DNA of 64,000 bases from a virus. This document shows, piece by piece, positions 53,389 to 63,734 of the stretch. Numbering within the stretch: the first letter of the stretch is position 1; every line of letters starts with the position of its first letter. Below the pieces are notes generated by a model. The model saw only the letters and a program-made list of their open reading frames with translations. It was not told where the DNA came from and did no database searches. Both the position numbers and the translations under genes were made by a program. The DNA is taken from positions 1-64,000 of the IMG/VR virus record IMGVR_UViG_3300045988_161338; one strand, written 5' to 3'.

Positions 53389-53874
53389 ATGAGAACAATT
53401 AAGTTTAAAGGTAAAAGTCTTATTAATGGGCAGTGGGTTTCAGGTGATTTGGCCCATTCTCTTGATGGCAAATTAAACATCTTGGGTTTTGTTGAAGATG
53501 AAGGCAAGATAGGTTTCACTGGGGCACATAAAATCGACCCTCGTCCCCTCTGCCAGTTTATCGGCTCCATCGACAAGAACGGCAAGGAGATTTATGAGGG
53601 CGACGTGTTGCGGTCCGACATCTATCCGTTCAGTTGTACCGAAGACAACAAGTATGACAATTATTACGGCGCGATAGGCTGGAGCGAGGAAGAGGCATCG
53701 TTCTATATCGTGGCTATCAAGAACCCTAAGTCGTCCGTCAGAGGCATTTCCGACGGCATCTGCGATTCCATTTCGCAAAAGATGATGCAAGACTTCGAGG
53801 TTGTCGGCAATATTCATGAACCCGAGTGGAAGCAATATGGCGAGTATTTTCAAGAGATAGAAGAAAGGAGGTAA
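53389..53874 (+). CDS. YopX-family protein
   Basis: IKFKGK..., QFIGSIDKNGKEIYEGDVL, EVVGNIHE. Confidence 0.75.
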   Translation: MRTIKFKGKSLINGQWVSGDLAHSLDGKLNILGFVEDEGKIGFTGAHKIDPRPLCQFIGSIDKNGKEIYEGDVLRSDIYPFSCTEDNKYDNYYGAIGWSEEEASFYIVAIKNPKSSVRGISDGICDSISQKMMQDFEVVGNIHEPEWKQYGEYFQEIEERR

Positions 53875-53877
53875 GAA

Positions 53878-54345
53878 ATGATTAAACCCGAAGATCTGAG
53901 AATAGGCGACCTGGTGAGGGGAAGGGTAAGTTGCGATTACATATTTCCGAAAGGCACAATGTTCGCTGTTTTCGAAATAAAGCCCCTAAGTGACCTTCTT
54001 GATAAAGAAGGAGTTGTCGGTCTAAGAGCAATCAACAATAATGACGATAGACTCTGGGAAACTTGTTCCCGCAATGTCGAAGGCATACCCGTCACGCCTG
54101 AAATACTTAACAAGAACGGTTTTAAAGAAGTAACTGTTGGCAAATACTACACAAGGTCTATTGACAACAAAAAGACGTGGGGCTTAGCCAGATATTTGGC
54201 AGTAGTACGGGAAGGAGGCGATTGGGCCGTTTTTATAAAACATGACGGCTTATGCGACCAAGCTCTCTTACGAGAAATTCGACACGTCCATGAGCTCCAG
54301 CACGTTCTTTGGGTGCTGGGGTTGGATGCAGAACTAAAAATATAA
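53878..54345 (+). CDS. hypothetical protein
   Basis: 155-aa ORF. Confidence 0.6.
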   Translation: MIKPEDLRIGDLVRGRVSCDYIFPKGTMFAVFEIKPLSDLLDKEGVVGLRAINNNDDRLWETCSRNVEGIPVTPEILNKNGFKEVTVGKYYTRSIDNKKTWGLARYLAVVREGGDWAVFIKHDGLCDQALLREIRHVHELQHVLWVLGLDAELKI

Positions 54346-54352
54346 ACGAGAT

Positions 54353-54784
54353 ATGAAAGCACGATTGGCAAAGAAGAAGGGATATTACGAATATACACCG
54401 CAGATTTACCCAAGGAGACTTTGGGTGATGTACAACACATCTGAAGAAGAAATAGACAAATGCTTTACCGACATGAAGGGCGAACCTCTTGTTCACGACG
54501 ACGAGCCTATGAGCGAAGGAAGCTACGGAGGTATGGTTTATGCCGAATGTGTGAGTAGAACAGGTGGATATTTCGGTAATCTTGTTGTCTTTCCAAAGAA
54601 GAAAAATATGACTATGAAAAATATCTGCCATGAGGCGTTTCACGTTCTATCGTCTATCAGCGATGCGTGCGATTTGGAAAGGATATGTAATGCCAGGAAT
54701 GAGCACCTGGCATACCTTATGGGTTGGATATGCGATTGCATCAACAAGGCTCGTTTGGGTATTGGAGATTTTATTGAAATTTAA
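54353..54784 (+). CDS. hypothetical protein
   Basis: 143-aa ORF. Confidence 0.6.
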   Translation: MKARLAKKKGYYEYTPQIYPRRLWVMYNTSEEEIDKCFTDMKGEPLVHDDEPMSEGSYGGMVYAECVSRTGGYFGNLVVFPKKKNMTMKNICHEAFHVLSSISDACDLERICNARNEHLAYLMGWICDCINKARLGIGDFIEI

Positions 54785-54802
54785 GATAAGGAGGGATAGC
54801 TT

Positions 54803-55474
54803 ATGATTAAGAAAGAAGATATTAAGGTTGGGCTGAAGTTTTTTCTCCCGTGTGAGCGTATTGAACGTCATGAAGATATGTTTCTTTATTTTGTCAATAC
54901 AAGGGAGAACTGCTATTTGGGACTGAGTGAACCAACAAAGGCTTTTTGTGTAAAATCCGTAGAGGACAACTGTGTCTGTTGTGATGTTGATTGCAGGACT
55001 AACGTGTATGTTACGTTGGATATTTTGCAAGAGAAAGGTAGCATGACTGTAAAAAAAGTGATGGAAAAATGGGAAAGCAGTGCGACTGCAAAAGTTTACT
55101 TTTCGCATATTATTCCGAAAGACTTTGTTGACAATTTCTGTGGAATGTCGGCAAAAAGATTTGCTGATTTGATAAATAAGGAGAGGGAGGCCCTTCGTAA
55201 TCCGTGTAAGGCATACAAAGCTATCACAGACGAGATGTTTGATACCTTCAAGGCGAAGAACCAGGACTACGGCAATAGCTTTGCGAAGTTGTTCAAGGAG
55301 TGTGGCATGACATACGCCTACGGGCACTTGGCAGAGAAACTGGAGCGCGTGAAGTCGCTTATGAAGGACGAGGCGAAGGTAAAAGGTGAGGGAATGAAAG
55401 ACTCTCTGCTTGACCTTGCGAACTATGCGATACTTACAATCATGGAACTTGACGCCGGGGCGAGACAACTGTGA
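54803..55474 (+). CDS. DUF1599-like protein (nucleotide-modification-associated domain)
   Basis: C-terminal FKAKNQDYGNSF...GHLAEKLERVKSL...DSLLDLANYAIL. Confidence 0.55.
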   Translation: MIKKEDIKVGLKFFLPCERIERHEDMFLYFVNTRENCYLGLSEPTKAFCVKSVEDNCVCCDVDCRTNVYVTLDILQEKGSMTVKKVMEKWESSATAKVYFSHIIPKDFVDNFCGMSAKRFADLINKEREALRNPCKAYKAITDEMFDTFKAKNQDYGNSFAKLFKECGMTYAYGHLAEKLERVKSLMKDEAKVKGEGMKDSLLDLANYAILTIMELDAGARQL

Positions 55475-55562
55475 AATGGTTTAACTGACGCGAGAGATAG
55501 ATTATGGATAGCTTATAGACAGATATTAATGTTAAATTATTATAAAATAAGGAGAAAAGAAA

Positions 55563-56180
55563 ATGGAGTTTGGTAAGAAGATTTGTGTGGGTAACTTTGT
55601 GTTGCTGAAGAAGGCCCGCGCTTTGAGCAAGAAAGAGATGAAGGCGTTGCGTGACCTGGCGAAGATTCCCGAGGACAAGCGCAAGATATTGTCGCGCGGC
55701 ACCGTTCCGTATATCCGTGTCAGCGATGTGGGCGGCGGCTGGAGCTTGGAGGTGAGCTTGGAGCACACCATGTTTGATGCCCTTGACGCCCTGACCGTTG
55801 TCTGTGGCGATGACGGCCGCTGGACCGTTCCCGGCATAGAAGGCAAGAACGCGGAGGCTGTGCTGACAGGTATGTTTGTAGACACGACCATTGTCGGGGA
55901 TATGGAATATCAGAAGGAGAAGGTCCGTGTGATGAGCGCTTACCTTGAGAGGGCGACCAAGGAGCGGTTGGAGCGCGAGAAGGCCGAGAGAGCAGAAAAG
56001 GAGCCTGATAAGATTAAAGAGGAGGTCGAGAAGGCCAAAAAGGAGGCTGCTGAGGCTTCAAAGGAGGCTGCTGAGGCCCCGACTATACATCTGGGACAGA
56101 GAAAGCAGCAGAAGGAAGCTTCAGAGGCATTGAAGGAGGCTGCTGAGGGCGACAAAGGCGAGAACGGTGCCGAGGGTTGA
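55563..56180 (+). CDS. hypothetical protein with Glu/Lys/Ala-rich tail
   Basis: 205-aa ORF. Confidence 0.6.
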   Translation: MEFGKKICVGNFVLLKKARALSKKEMKALRDLAKIPEDKRKILSRGTVPYIRVSDVGGGWSLEVSLEHTMFDALDALTVVCGDDGRWTVPGIEGKNAEAVLTGMFVDTTIVGDMEYQKEKVRVMSAYLERATKERLEREKAERAEKEPDKIKEEVEKAKKEAAEASKEAAEAPTIHLGQRKQQKEASEALKEAAEGDKGENGAEG

Positions 56181-56247
56181 TAATGGCGGATGCGGCTCAT
56201 GGGGTGGAGAGTTATTGTTGAACTGTTATAGTTGAATTGTTGTTGTA

Positions 56248-56766
56248 ATGAAAGATTTGTCAGAAAGAATGAAAGAAGAGGCCGTTTCGTTGGGTCTGTG
56301 CAAGCAGTGGACCTCGGAATGGTCGGATGGCAGCAGCCGTGACGAGCTTGTGGACAAGTTTGTCCGCGGTCTGGATTTCTGCATAGAGCACGACTGGCCG
56401 AGCGTTGACGTGATGAAGCGCGACTTTGGCGACGTGATACACCGTCATGGCGTGTATGCCGATGAGCGCGTGGACCTTGACGAAGCCTCAACCGTGGTGT
56501 TGAACGGCTGCTGTGTAGCCGATTTGCGTTATTCGGGCAATAGTGTGGGCGATGTCTATGTGCGCCATGACAGCAGAGCCTGCATAGTGGTCCACGGCCT
56601 GTCCCGTGTTCATGTGACCGTCTATGACAGGGGCGTTGTGTCCGTGTGCTGTGACGAGGACGCCCAGTGTTTTATCTATCTTCACGGTGGCGAGGTGCTG
56701 TCCCTGGACGGGGAGGGCAAGATCGTTGTGCGTGACAAGCGAGCAGAGAAAGGAGGTGAGCGATGA
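56248..56766 (+). CDS. hypothetical protein
   Basis: 172-aa ORF. Its stop overlaps the next start. Confidence 0.6.
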   Translation: MKDLSERMKEEAVSLGLCKQWTSEWSDGSSRDELVDKFVRGLDFCIEHDWPSVDVMKRDFGDVIHRHGVYADERVDLDEASTVVLNGCCVADLRYSGNSVGDVYVRHDSRACIVVHGLSRVHVTVYDRGVVSVCCDEDAQCFIYLHGGEVLSLDGEGKIVVRDKRAEKGGER

Positions 56767-58319
56767 AGCGCAGTAACGGCGAGCTTATAGACCTGCTGTT
56801 TGCCCAGCTGTTGCAGTTGAGCACCGAGGACCGTTTTGACTTTGAGCGTTACCGCGAGGACTGGGGCCGTTCAAACAGCGAGAAATATAACGACATGCTG
56901 TCAGGCTTTTGCAGGAGCATGAGAGAGTTGGCCAAGAGCTGTCCTGTGAAATATTTCGCTGGCGGTTACTATATCTTCAACGGCAGGATATACGAGTTGG
57001 TAGAGACGATTGTTGTGGAGCAGTCATACCAGTTGCTTGTAGAGAAGCTCCGCATAGGTCCCGCCATGGTCCGTCCCTCCATCCGCAGGGACGCTTTCAT
57101 GGAGGTTATCAAGAACTACAACGTGCTGGTTCCGCAGTTTGACGTTGTGGCCTTCAACAACGGCGTTGTGGACTTTGGGCTGTCGCGTGCGAACCCCCGT
57201 GCGTTGCCATTCTCCCCCCACTATCATGTGACCTACTCCCACCCCTACGATTTCGACCCGAAGGCCAAATGTCCCCGTTGGACGAGTTTTTTAGACGAGG
57301 TGCTGCCCGACAGAGACCAGAGGGAGATCTTACAGATGTTCTTAGGCTTAGGTCTGGTTCAGCGTGGTGACGCCTATAACCCCTACGACGGCAAGATGTC
57401 GAACAAGATAGAGCTGTGCCTGATGATGATTGGCGGCGGCGCTAACGGCAAGAGTGTGATATTTGAGGTGATGTGCGCCTTGTTCGGGCGCGACCGCATC
57501 TCGAAGATGGACTATGCCGAGCTGACCGCCGACGGCGACGAGGGCATGCGCGGGCGTTACCCTATCCGCAACGCCATCTTCAACTGGTCAAGCGACAGCG
57601 ACCCGAAGAAATTTGGCAAGAAGAACACCGGCATGTTCAAGCGTCTTGTGTCAGGCGAGCCCGTGCCCTACCGTAAGCTTGGCGAGAACGTTCTTGAGGC
57701 CAAGACCCTGCCCTACCTCATCTTCAGCTTGAACGACACGCCCGAGAGCGGCGATGCGTCGTTAGGCATGATCAGGCGTTTGCAGTATGTCTACTTTGAG
57801 GTGACCATTCCGAAGGCGAAGCAAGACCCGCTGTTAGCCGCAAAGATCATCAAGACCGAGCTGTCAGGCGTGTTCAACTGGGTGCTGGAGGGCGAGCGGC
57901 TGTTGCGGAAGCGTAAGTTTGTGTTCCCCGACACGAAGAAGACCGAGCGTCTCCGCATCTTGACCTACCTTCGCACGAACCCCGTTGTGTCATGGATAAC
58001 AGCCTACCACATGCGCCCTGACCGTCAGGCCAGGAACGAGGTGCCGTTATGGATCCAGTCGAGCGTGTTGTATGACAGCATGTTGCAGTTTTGTAACGAC
58101 AACAACGTGGAAGACGGCGACATACCCTCGATGAACCGCTTCGGGCGCGTTATGCGTGACGACTGCAAGTTTAACAAGAAGAAGACGACGAAAGGCATCT
58201 ACTATGAGACGTTTGGCGTGACGGAAGCTGACCTTAAGAGCCATTTCCTTGTTGAGGAACTTGACGGGTTGGAGTTTGGGGAGGAGCCGAGCTTTATTAA
58301 GGAGGATGTTGAATGTTGA
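56763..58319 (+). CDS. primase-helicase-type (D5/P4-like SF3) replicative NTPase
   Basis: MIGGGANGKS Walker A and LIFSLND Walker-B-like motif. 518 aa. Confidence 0.7.
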   Translation: MKRSNGELIDLLFAQLLQLSTEDRFDFERYREDWGRSNSEKYNDMLSGFCRSMRELAKSCPVKYFAGGYYIFNGRIYELVETIVVEQSYQLLVEKLRIGPAMVRPSIRRDAFMEVIKNYNVLVPQFDVVAFNNGVVDFGLSRANPRALPFSPHYHVTYSHPYDFDPKAKCPRWTSFLDEVLPDRDQREILQMFLGLGLVQRGDAYNPYDGKMSNKIELCLMMIGGGANGKSVIFEVMCALFGRDRISKMDYAELTADGDEGMRGRYPIRNAIFNWSSDSDPKKFGKKNTGMFKRLVSGEPVPYRKLGENVLEAKTLPYLIFSLNDTPESGDASLGMIRRLQYVYFEVTIPKAKQDPLLAAKIIKTELSGVFNWVLEGERLLRKRKFVFPDTKKTERLRILTYLRTNPVVSWITAYHMRPDRQARNEVPLWIQSSVLYDSMLQFCNDNNVEDGDIPSMNRFGRVMRDDCKFNKKKTTKGIYYETFGVTEADLKSHFLVEELDGLEFGEEPSFIKEDVEC

Positions 58320-58552
58320 ATTTTGATTTTTGAATTTTGAATTTTGAATTGTTGCGCCGATGGCGCAATGTTGAATTTTTGAATGTTGAATTTGCTCTTT
58401 TTAGCAGGGTTTGAGGATGATGGGAAATATTCGGAAATAATCGGGGGATTTCCGCATTTTTTCACTTTGAATGATTGGAGATTTCGGAGAAAATTGGGGA
58501 ATTTCGGAGAAATTTGGAGAAAATTGGGGATTTTGGGGGATTATTGGAGAAA
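58306..58552. repeat. two short-repeat arrays downstream of the primase-helicase (ori-like)
   Basis: (A/T)TTGAATTTT(G) units at 58306-58395 flank the hairpin TTGCGCC/GGCGCAA. (TTC)GGAGAAAATTGGGGA-type units at 58477-58552. Confidence 0.7.
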
Positions 58553-58604
58553 AGAAAGGATATGGTAAACAAGAAAATATGTTAAACTAAAAAAGGAGGT
58601 TATT

Positions 58605-58802
58605 ATGGAAAGTGTGTTACGCGAGCTGGCGTCTATGATAGAAGACCGCCACTCATTGGAACAAGGGCTTCGCATCATCATGGAGGCCGCGGAACGGAAG
58701 AAGCTTCCCGAAGAGGTGTTTCTTCCTACGTTCAACGACAGTATGCTTGAAGAAGCGTTCGTTCACACGTTAGAGGCTGTTGTGGGCGAGCGTTACGAAT
58801 AG
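58605..58802 (+). CDS. hypothetical protein
   Basis: 65-aa ORF. Confidence 0.5.
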   Translation: MESVLRELASMIEDRHSLEQGLRIIMEAAERKKLPEEVFLPTFNDSMLEEAFVHTLEAVVGERYE

Positions 58803-58862
58803 CAGGAGCTGTGAGCACAAGAACAACAAGGTTGCAGCTGTTGTTTGGAATTTTGTTAATCG

Positions 58863-58907
58863 GGGACAGGCCGTTTGAGATTATTCTTTGTCGGTCTGTC
58901 CCTTTTT
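58863..58907. terminator. hairpin between convergent genes
   Basis: 11-bp stem GGGACAGGCCG/CGGTCTGTCCC followed by TTTTT. The loop contains the stop codon of 58881-59402. Confidence 0.6.
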
Positions 58908-59402
58908 GTAAAGCAGACATTCGGAGCACTTTGTCGGGTAGTTGATGGGTACATAGTAATGTACGACATTGTTCTCCTTGTCGATTTCGTCCTGCTTGAT
59001 TTTTTTGTAGTCGGCTTCGAGCTGCACGATTTTAAGCCAGTCGGGCGAGCCGTACTTGGCCTTTTTCTCAGCGAAGACGAGCTTTCTAAGAATTGTTTCC
59101 TTTGATGTTTCCTTAGCCAGCTCTTCAGGCGAGATGTCATCGTATTTGTCCTTCTGTTGAGCTTTACCCTGCAAATCGGCGATTCTGCTTTGCACCGAGT
59201 TGAGCGTTTCGAGCTTGTTCATCTCCTTTACAAGCTCCGCTTTAGACCAGTTGAGTCCCTTGCCTTGGAACGCGACGTTCCAGGCGTCTGTCTGCGACCA
59301 TCCCGCCGCCCTGAGGTCAGCATAGATGAGGTATGCGGGATCAGACATGCCGTATTTCTTTTTCAGATTATTAACAGCGATAGAAAAAGCATATTGTGCC
59401 AT
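58881..59402 (-). CDS. hypothetical DNA-binding-like protein (possible small terminase subunit)
   Basis: 173 aa with an HTH-like N-terminus (YLIYADLRAAGWSQTDAWNVAF). The position after the head genes is atypical for TerS. Confidence 0.35.
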   Translation of the reverse strand: MAQYAFSIAVNNLKKKYGMSDPAYLIYADLRAAGWSQTDAWNVAFQGKGLNWSKAELVKEMNKLETLNSVQSRIADLQGKAQQKDKYDDISPEELAKETSKETILRKLVFAEKKAKYGSPDWLKIVQLEADYKKIKQDEIDKENNVVHYYVPINYPTKCSECLLYKKGQTDKE

Positions 59403-59424
59403 GATGATAAGAATTTAAGAAAAA

Positions 59425-60204
59425 TTAAAGAATGTTGTGATGTTCGCCGTTCTTGTTGTCGTACAAGAACTGTATGAAGCACCGGCAGTTGACATGGAAC
59501 GGGGGATAAGGGTCTCCGAAATGATGCACATAGACCGTTTCGTCGTCACATATAGCGCAGGGATAAGAGCTTCCGCGGAAGACCCTGAACGCCGTAGCCC
59601 CATGTTCCTTGCCGTAAGTCTGCTCCGCCATTCCCCATGCCACCGCCACCATCTGCTGTGCGTTTCTTATGATGTTATGGTAAGCAGCCTTGAAGATGCC
59701 CTTTCCGTAAGAAGGTGACGCGATGTTGATGTCATATCTCCTTGCTTTCGTTATGACCGACGAGAGATAAGGGTCCTTATATCCCGTTCTCACGGCAGCA
59801 AGGATTTTCTGTTCGTCATATCCCATCAAGACGCCCGCTTTCGCCATTCTGACGATGTCCTCCGCGAAATTGGCGAGATAAGCAGACGTCCTTTGCCTTG
59901 ACGTGGCGCCATAATATTGCGCCGAGAGGAACGCCGAGACGCCGCCCTCGTCAACATTCAGCCTTTTCGTTGCCGCGAGCGCATACTGCCCGATGATATT
60001 CTCCACCCTGTCTGTCATTCCCGTTGCGATGCCTTGCGCCTCTTGAAGAAACGTCTTTTCCGCCGACAGCCTCTTTCCCCTTCTGTATTTCGATGACAAG
60101 CCGACAATCTGCTTAGCCGCCGCGAAGACCACCTTTTTCAAGGCAGTCTCCGTGGCAGCGACGGCCTTAGACCTGTCGATGGCATAACTGTATTCCTTAG
60201 CCAT
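59425..60204 (-). CDS. head morphogenesis protein (Mu F / SPP1 gp7 family)
   Basis: C-terminal PPFHVNCRCF motif. Follows the portal gene. Confidence 0.7.
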   Translation of the reverse strand: MAKEYSYAIDRSKAVAATETALKKVVFAAAKQIVGLSSKYRRGKRLSAEKTFLQEAQGIATGMTDRVENIIGQYALAATKRLNVDEGGVSAFLSAQYYGATSRQRTSAYLANFAEDIVRMAKAGVLMGYDEQKILAAVRTGYKDPYLSSVITKARRYDINIASPSYGKGIFKAAYHNIIRNAQQMVAVAWGMAEQTYGKEHGATAFRVFRGSSYPCAICDDETVYVHHFGDPYPPFHVNCRCFIQFLYDNKNGEHHNIL

Positions 60205-60215
60205 AAGCCGATACC

Positions 60216-61922
60216 TTATTTATTGTCATACTTATTCCAGTTGTTACGTCCGGGCCAGTTGCCGTTAGAGTCGTATTGTCTTCCCGACTCGTTCGGTCTT
60301 CCCGCCTTTCTGCCTCCGCCCGTGTTGACATCCTGTCCGCTCTGCTGCGCGTTAATCTGCGCCTGCGCCTCCTGCTCCTCGATGGCGTTCTGCGTCTCGT
60401 TGTCGGCCCTCTGCATGTCCATGAGCAGATCCTGCTGCTGCTCCTCCTTCTTCTCCCTTATGATCCGTTCTATCTCGTTCGTTACAGGGAGGTCAGGGCA
60501 TCTCTCCGATGCCGTCTGTTTAGACAAGAACCCGTTTTGCACCGCCGTAGCGATATTGGTTATCATCTCCGACTTGTTTTGATGCACATAGACCTCCACC
60601 CAGGCATGAATGGGCAGAGCCGTCATAGAGGCCATGCAGTTTTGTTCCATTCCGATGCCATACTTACACATCTTGACGAGCTGCATGAGGAACGGATGCA
60701 GCATCTTGGCATCGTTCTCCGCGATTTCGATAGCAGGCGAGAAGAGCAGTTTAATGGCCACACCCGGCAAGTCGCCCGACTTAAGTTCAGGCGGTTTGAC
60801 CGTGAACGACAATTCATAGATGAGGTCATAGGACTTGTTGAGCTGCGTGGCGAAAGCGTTAGAAGCATCCGTTCCGTCGATGAACTCAGCATCGCCGTCG
60901 GTGTCAGTGATCTGAATGGTCTTTGCTCCGCCGTTAGTGTCGCCCACGACCATGATGTCATCGCCATCGCCTTTGAGCTTAAGCATAGGGAAGGCATAAG
61001 CCTTGTTGTTTTCACAGAGATAAGAGTAAGCCTCCTCGTAGTCTTCGATGTTACGCTGCACAGGCGCCCAGCACGGTCCGTCCTCGTTTCTTGCGTAAGC
61101 GACAGGCAGGAACGGGAAGCCATGCGGTTTTTCCTCCACGCACGAATAGTTGTCGATACCGAAGATGTTAGCAATCCTCTTTATCGTCTCCTTAACCGCG
61201 CCCTCGTTAAGCTGCTTCTTGAACCTGTAGAACATCTTTTTGTCCCACACCTCGACCCATTCAGTTTTTTCGATGCCCTGCTCGTCGTAGTCGATATATT
61301 TTCTTGCGAAGACCGTCATCTCGCCTGTTAGCGAGTCGATGTGCGGATAAAGAATGTCCCCATTGTCGAACGACAGCGTTTTCGTTCCGAAGACGCCGTT
61401 GCTGTCGAAGAATCCCACGACCGCGACCTCCGCCACCTTCATGTAGGCAGAGACCGCCTCGAAGTGTCTCACCTCCATGTCCTTCATGTACCACTCCTTC
61501 TTGAACGTGTTAAGGAGCTTTTGCAGCTGCTCGTTCTTCTTGTCGTCAGCACTTGCGAGCTCAAACTGGATGTCGTTACCCGTGAGGTGCAGCGTATGCT
61601 TAGTGTGTATGAGGCGTTGGAAGGCAAACGCCGTTCTTTGTATTTCCTGAATGTACCACTTGCCATCCTCAGGATTTTTCCTGTATATGTCAGGATAGAG
61701 GTTTTTGTCCCATATTTTGTGAGACGAAGGATAGAACTCCCTAAGGAAGTCGTGTTGCGTTTTGATACGCCTGTAGAGCGTGTCGTCAGGCATGTAGCAG
61801 TTGACATTCTCCGACAACTCCTGCTCCCTCATGATGCCGTGCGTCATGTAGTTCTTAGGCGTGAGCTCATAGAACGGTTTCCTTACGAGGATTTGTCTAA
61901 AATTAGTATTTGTGTTGTCCAT
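60216..61922 (-). CDS. portal protein
   Basis: 568 aa, between the large terminase and the MuF-like gene. Gln/Asn/Gly-rich C-terminal tail. Confidence 0.7.
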   Translation of the reverse strand: MDNTNTNFRQILVRKPFYELTPKNYMTHGIMREQELSENVNCYMPDDTLYRRIKTQHDFLREFYPSSHKIWDKNLYPDIYRKNPEDGKWYIQEIQRTAFAFQRLIHTKHTLHLTGNDIQFELASADDKKNEQLQKLLNTFKKEWYMKDMEVRHFEAVSAYMKVAEVAVVGFFDSNGVFGTKTLSFDNGDILYPHIDSLTGEMTVFARKYIDYDEQGIEKTEWVEVWDKKMFYRFKKQLNEGAVKETIKRIANIFGIDNYSCVEEKPHGFPFLPVAYARNEDGPCWAPVQRNIEDYEEAYSYLCENNKAYAFPMLKLKGDGDDIMVVGDTNGGAKTIQITDTDGDAEFIDGTDASNAFATQLNKSYDLIYELSFTVKPPELKSGDLPGVAIKLLFSPAIEIAENDAKMLHPFLMQLVKMCKYGIGMEQNCMASMTALPIHAWVEVYVHQNKSEMITNIATAVQNGFLSKQTASERCPDLPVTNEIERIIREKKEEQQQDLLMDMQRADNETQNAIEEQEAQAQINAQQSGQDVNTGGGRKAGRPNESGRQYDSNGNWPGRNNWNKYDNK

Positions 61923-61934
61923 AAAATTAAGAAA

Positions 61935-63581
61935 TTATAACATCCATAACCCTTTGATTTTGTTGTTTTTCCTTTTATAGAGCGAGAAGATCATGATATA
62001 GAACCACGATTCGAAGAAGTCGGGTGAGTGTCCGACAATCTTTTTCGCCATGTCCTTAGGCATGAGTTTGAAGCTTTTGTCATAGCTATTTTCGTCCCTC
62101 CTTATCATCTTTCTCTCCTTTTGCAGGATTTGCCTGAGCGGCACCTTGTCGAAGCCCTTACCCGAGTATTTTCTTTCAAGCAGGTCAGGGTCGATAGAGA
62201 AGCCCTTGTCCTTTACAGCCTTATAGAAGAGGAAAGCGCACTGCGACTTAAGGTCCTTATAGAGATATTTGATGCCCTTCTCCTCCTGCTTTGTTGCCGC
62301 AATAGGCGCCGCCTGGTTATTGAAGGGGACGGCATCCTTGAAGAAGCCCTTGAAATACTGTCCTATGCCCTGCATGTCATAGGTGAAGTTACGTTCCTCG
62401 ACCCCCCACTCTCTCAGTTTCGCCATGACCGTGTAGACGAGCGTTTGCGAGTCGAGCCTCATGACCACCAGGTCAGCGCAATGGTGCCCTATCCACAGCC
62501 ACATGACAAAGTTGTCGCCTCCCGTGAAGGCGATGTCCGCCGAAGCCCTTCTGACCCCGTCGCCCGTCTGCTGAGCGTTATCAAAAATCTCCTCCAGGTC
62601 CTCCCTCTTTATCATGTCATCTCCCGCCGCCTTATAGTTCCAGTTGGCTTCGAGGTCGCGCATGCGCTGCTCCTCATCCTGCTGTGCGAGGTTAGCGATA
62701 TAAGAAGCGTCAGTAGATATAAGTTTGATATTTTCCGACACATCTGCCCTTATGAACGTCACAGATTTTATGAACATGTCGAGCTTAGAATAGCCCAGCT
62801 CCGCGTAGCTATCCTTCCACAGCTTGTCGATGATGTCGCGGCATTGCTCGTAGACCTCCTCCCGAGTGTTTCCCCAATAGATAGAGTCGGGCGTGTCTCC
62901 GTCCATGAAGCAGAAGCGTATGACACCGTCGCGTTCAGGGATGATGAAGCCCTCATCGTCAATCCACCAGTCGATGAACTTGCGCACCCACGACTCAGGG
63001 TCAGGGTTACAAGTTATCCAGAAACGGTTTCTGATATGCGAAGCGTTACGGTTGTTTGTGAGCAGATATTTGAATTTCTTGTACGGGCATTGCGTACCCT
63101 CGTCGATGCAGACATAGGCAAACTGACGTCCTTGGAAGCGCGTTTTGAAGTCTTGATACGCTCCGGCATAGTAAGAGAATTTGAGCCATCCCCCGTTGGC
63201 AAAATTCCATGTCATGTCGTTTTGCGACTTGTTGTAAGTTCCGAACTGCGAGAAGAGCTTATAAGAGTCGGTTACGAGCGACTGAAGGTCATCCTTCTCG
63301 TTACGGAGGATAGTGGCATGGAAGTCGGGGTTCTTGATGTCCTTAAGCACCTCCATGAGCGAAGAGAACGATTTAGAGCCTCCGCGGCTGCCTCCCACGA
63401 TTTTTATGTCGGCGTCGATTGCAAGCATGCGCTCCTGTCCTCCCCGTTGTGCTATAATTTTCAGCTTGTCGGGGTGTTTTTTGTCAGCATCGCGAAGAGC
63501 CTGAACATACTCTTGCGTGTAGACAGGCTCTCCCGAAGGAAGGAAGAGGCCAGACAATATTTTAGTTTGCGCTTTTTGCAT
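61935..63581 (-). CDS. terL: terminase large subunit
   Basis: VGGSRGGSKS Walker-A-like and YVCIDEGTQ Walker B. 548 aa. Confidence 0.85.
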   Translation of the reverse strand: MQKAQTKILSGLFLPSGEPVYTQEYVQALRDADKKHPDKLKIIAQRGGQERMLAIDADIKIVGGSRGGSKSFSSLMEVLKDIKNPDFHATILRNEKDDLQSLVTDSYKLFSQFGTYNKSQNDMTWNFANGGWLKFSYYAGAYQDFKTRFQGRQFAYVCIDEGTQCPYKKFKYLLTNNRNASHIRNRFWITCNPDPESWVRKFIDWWIDDEGFIIPERDGVIRFCFMDGDTPDSIYWGNTREEVYEQCRDIIDKLWKDSYAELGYSKLDMFIKSVTFIRADVSENIKLISTDASYIANLAQQDEEQRMRDLEANWNYKAAGDDMIKREDLEEIFDNAQQTGDGVRRASADIAFTGGDNFVMWLWIGHHCADLVVMRLDSQTLVYTVMAKLREWGVEERNFTYDMQGIGQYFKGFFKDAVPFNNQAAPIAATKQEEKGIKYLYKDLKSQCAFLFYKAVKDKGFSIDPDLLERKYSGKGFDKVPLRQILQKERKMIRRDENSYDKSFKLMPKDMAKKIVGHSPDFFESWFYIMIFSLYKRKNNKIKGLWML

Positions 63582-63734
63582 ATTTATTCAGATTTATTGT
63601 ATATTTATGCAAAAATAGCTAATATTTTTTGGTTTTTTGTATATTTATTCATATTTTTGCGTAAGATAAATGTATATTTATGCAAAGAGAGGTAGAAGCA
63701 CTGCCTTTAAACCAACACAAAAACTAAAAAAGCC

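Noticed and set aside
54647-55468. A 273-aa minus-strand ORF
   Set aside because: It is antisense to two well-supported plus-strand genes (one DUF1599-like) and has basic, low-complexity composition.
60276-63695. Plus-strand ORFs of 351 and 555 aa opposite portal and terminase
   Set aside because: The minus-strand frames carry Walker A/B and portal-like features. The plus frames are Leu/Arg/Val-rich antisense shadows.
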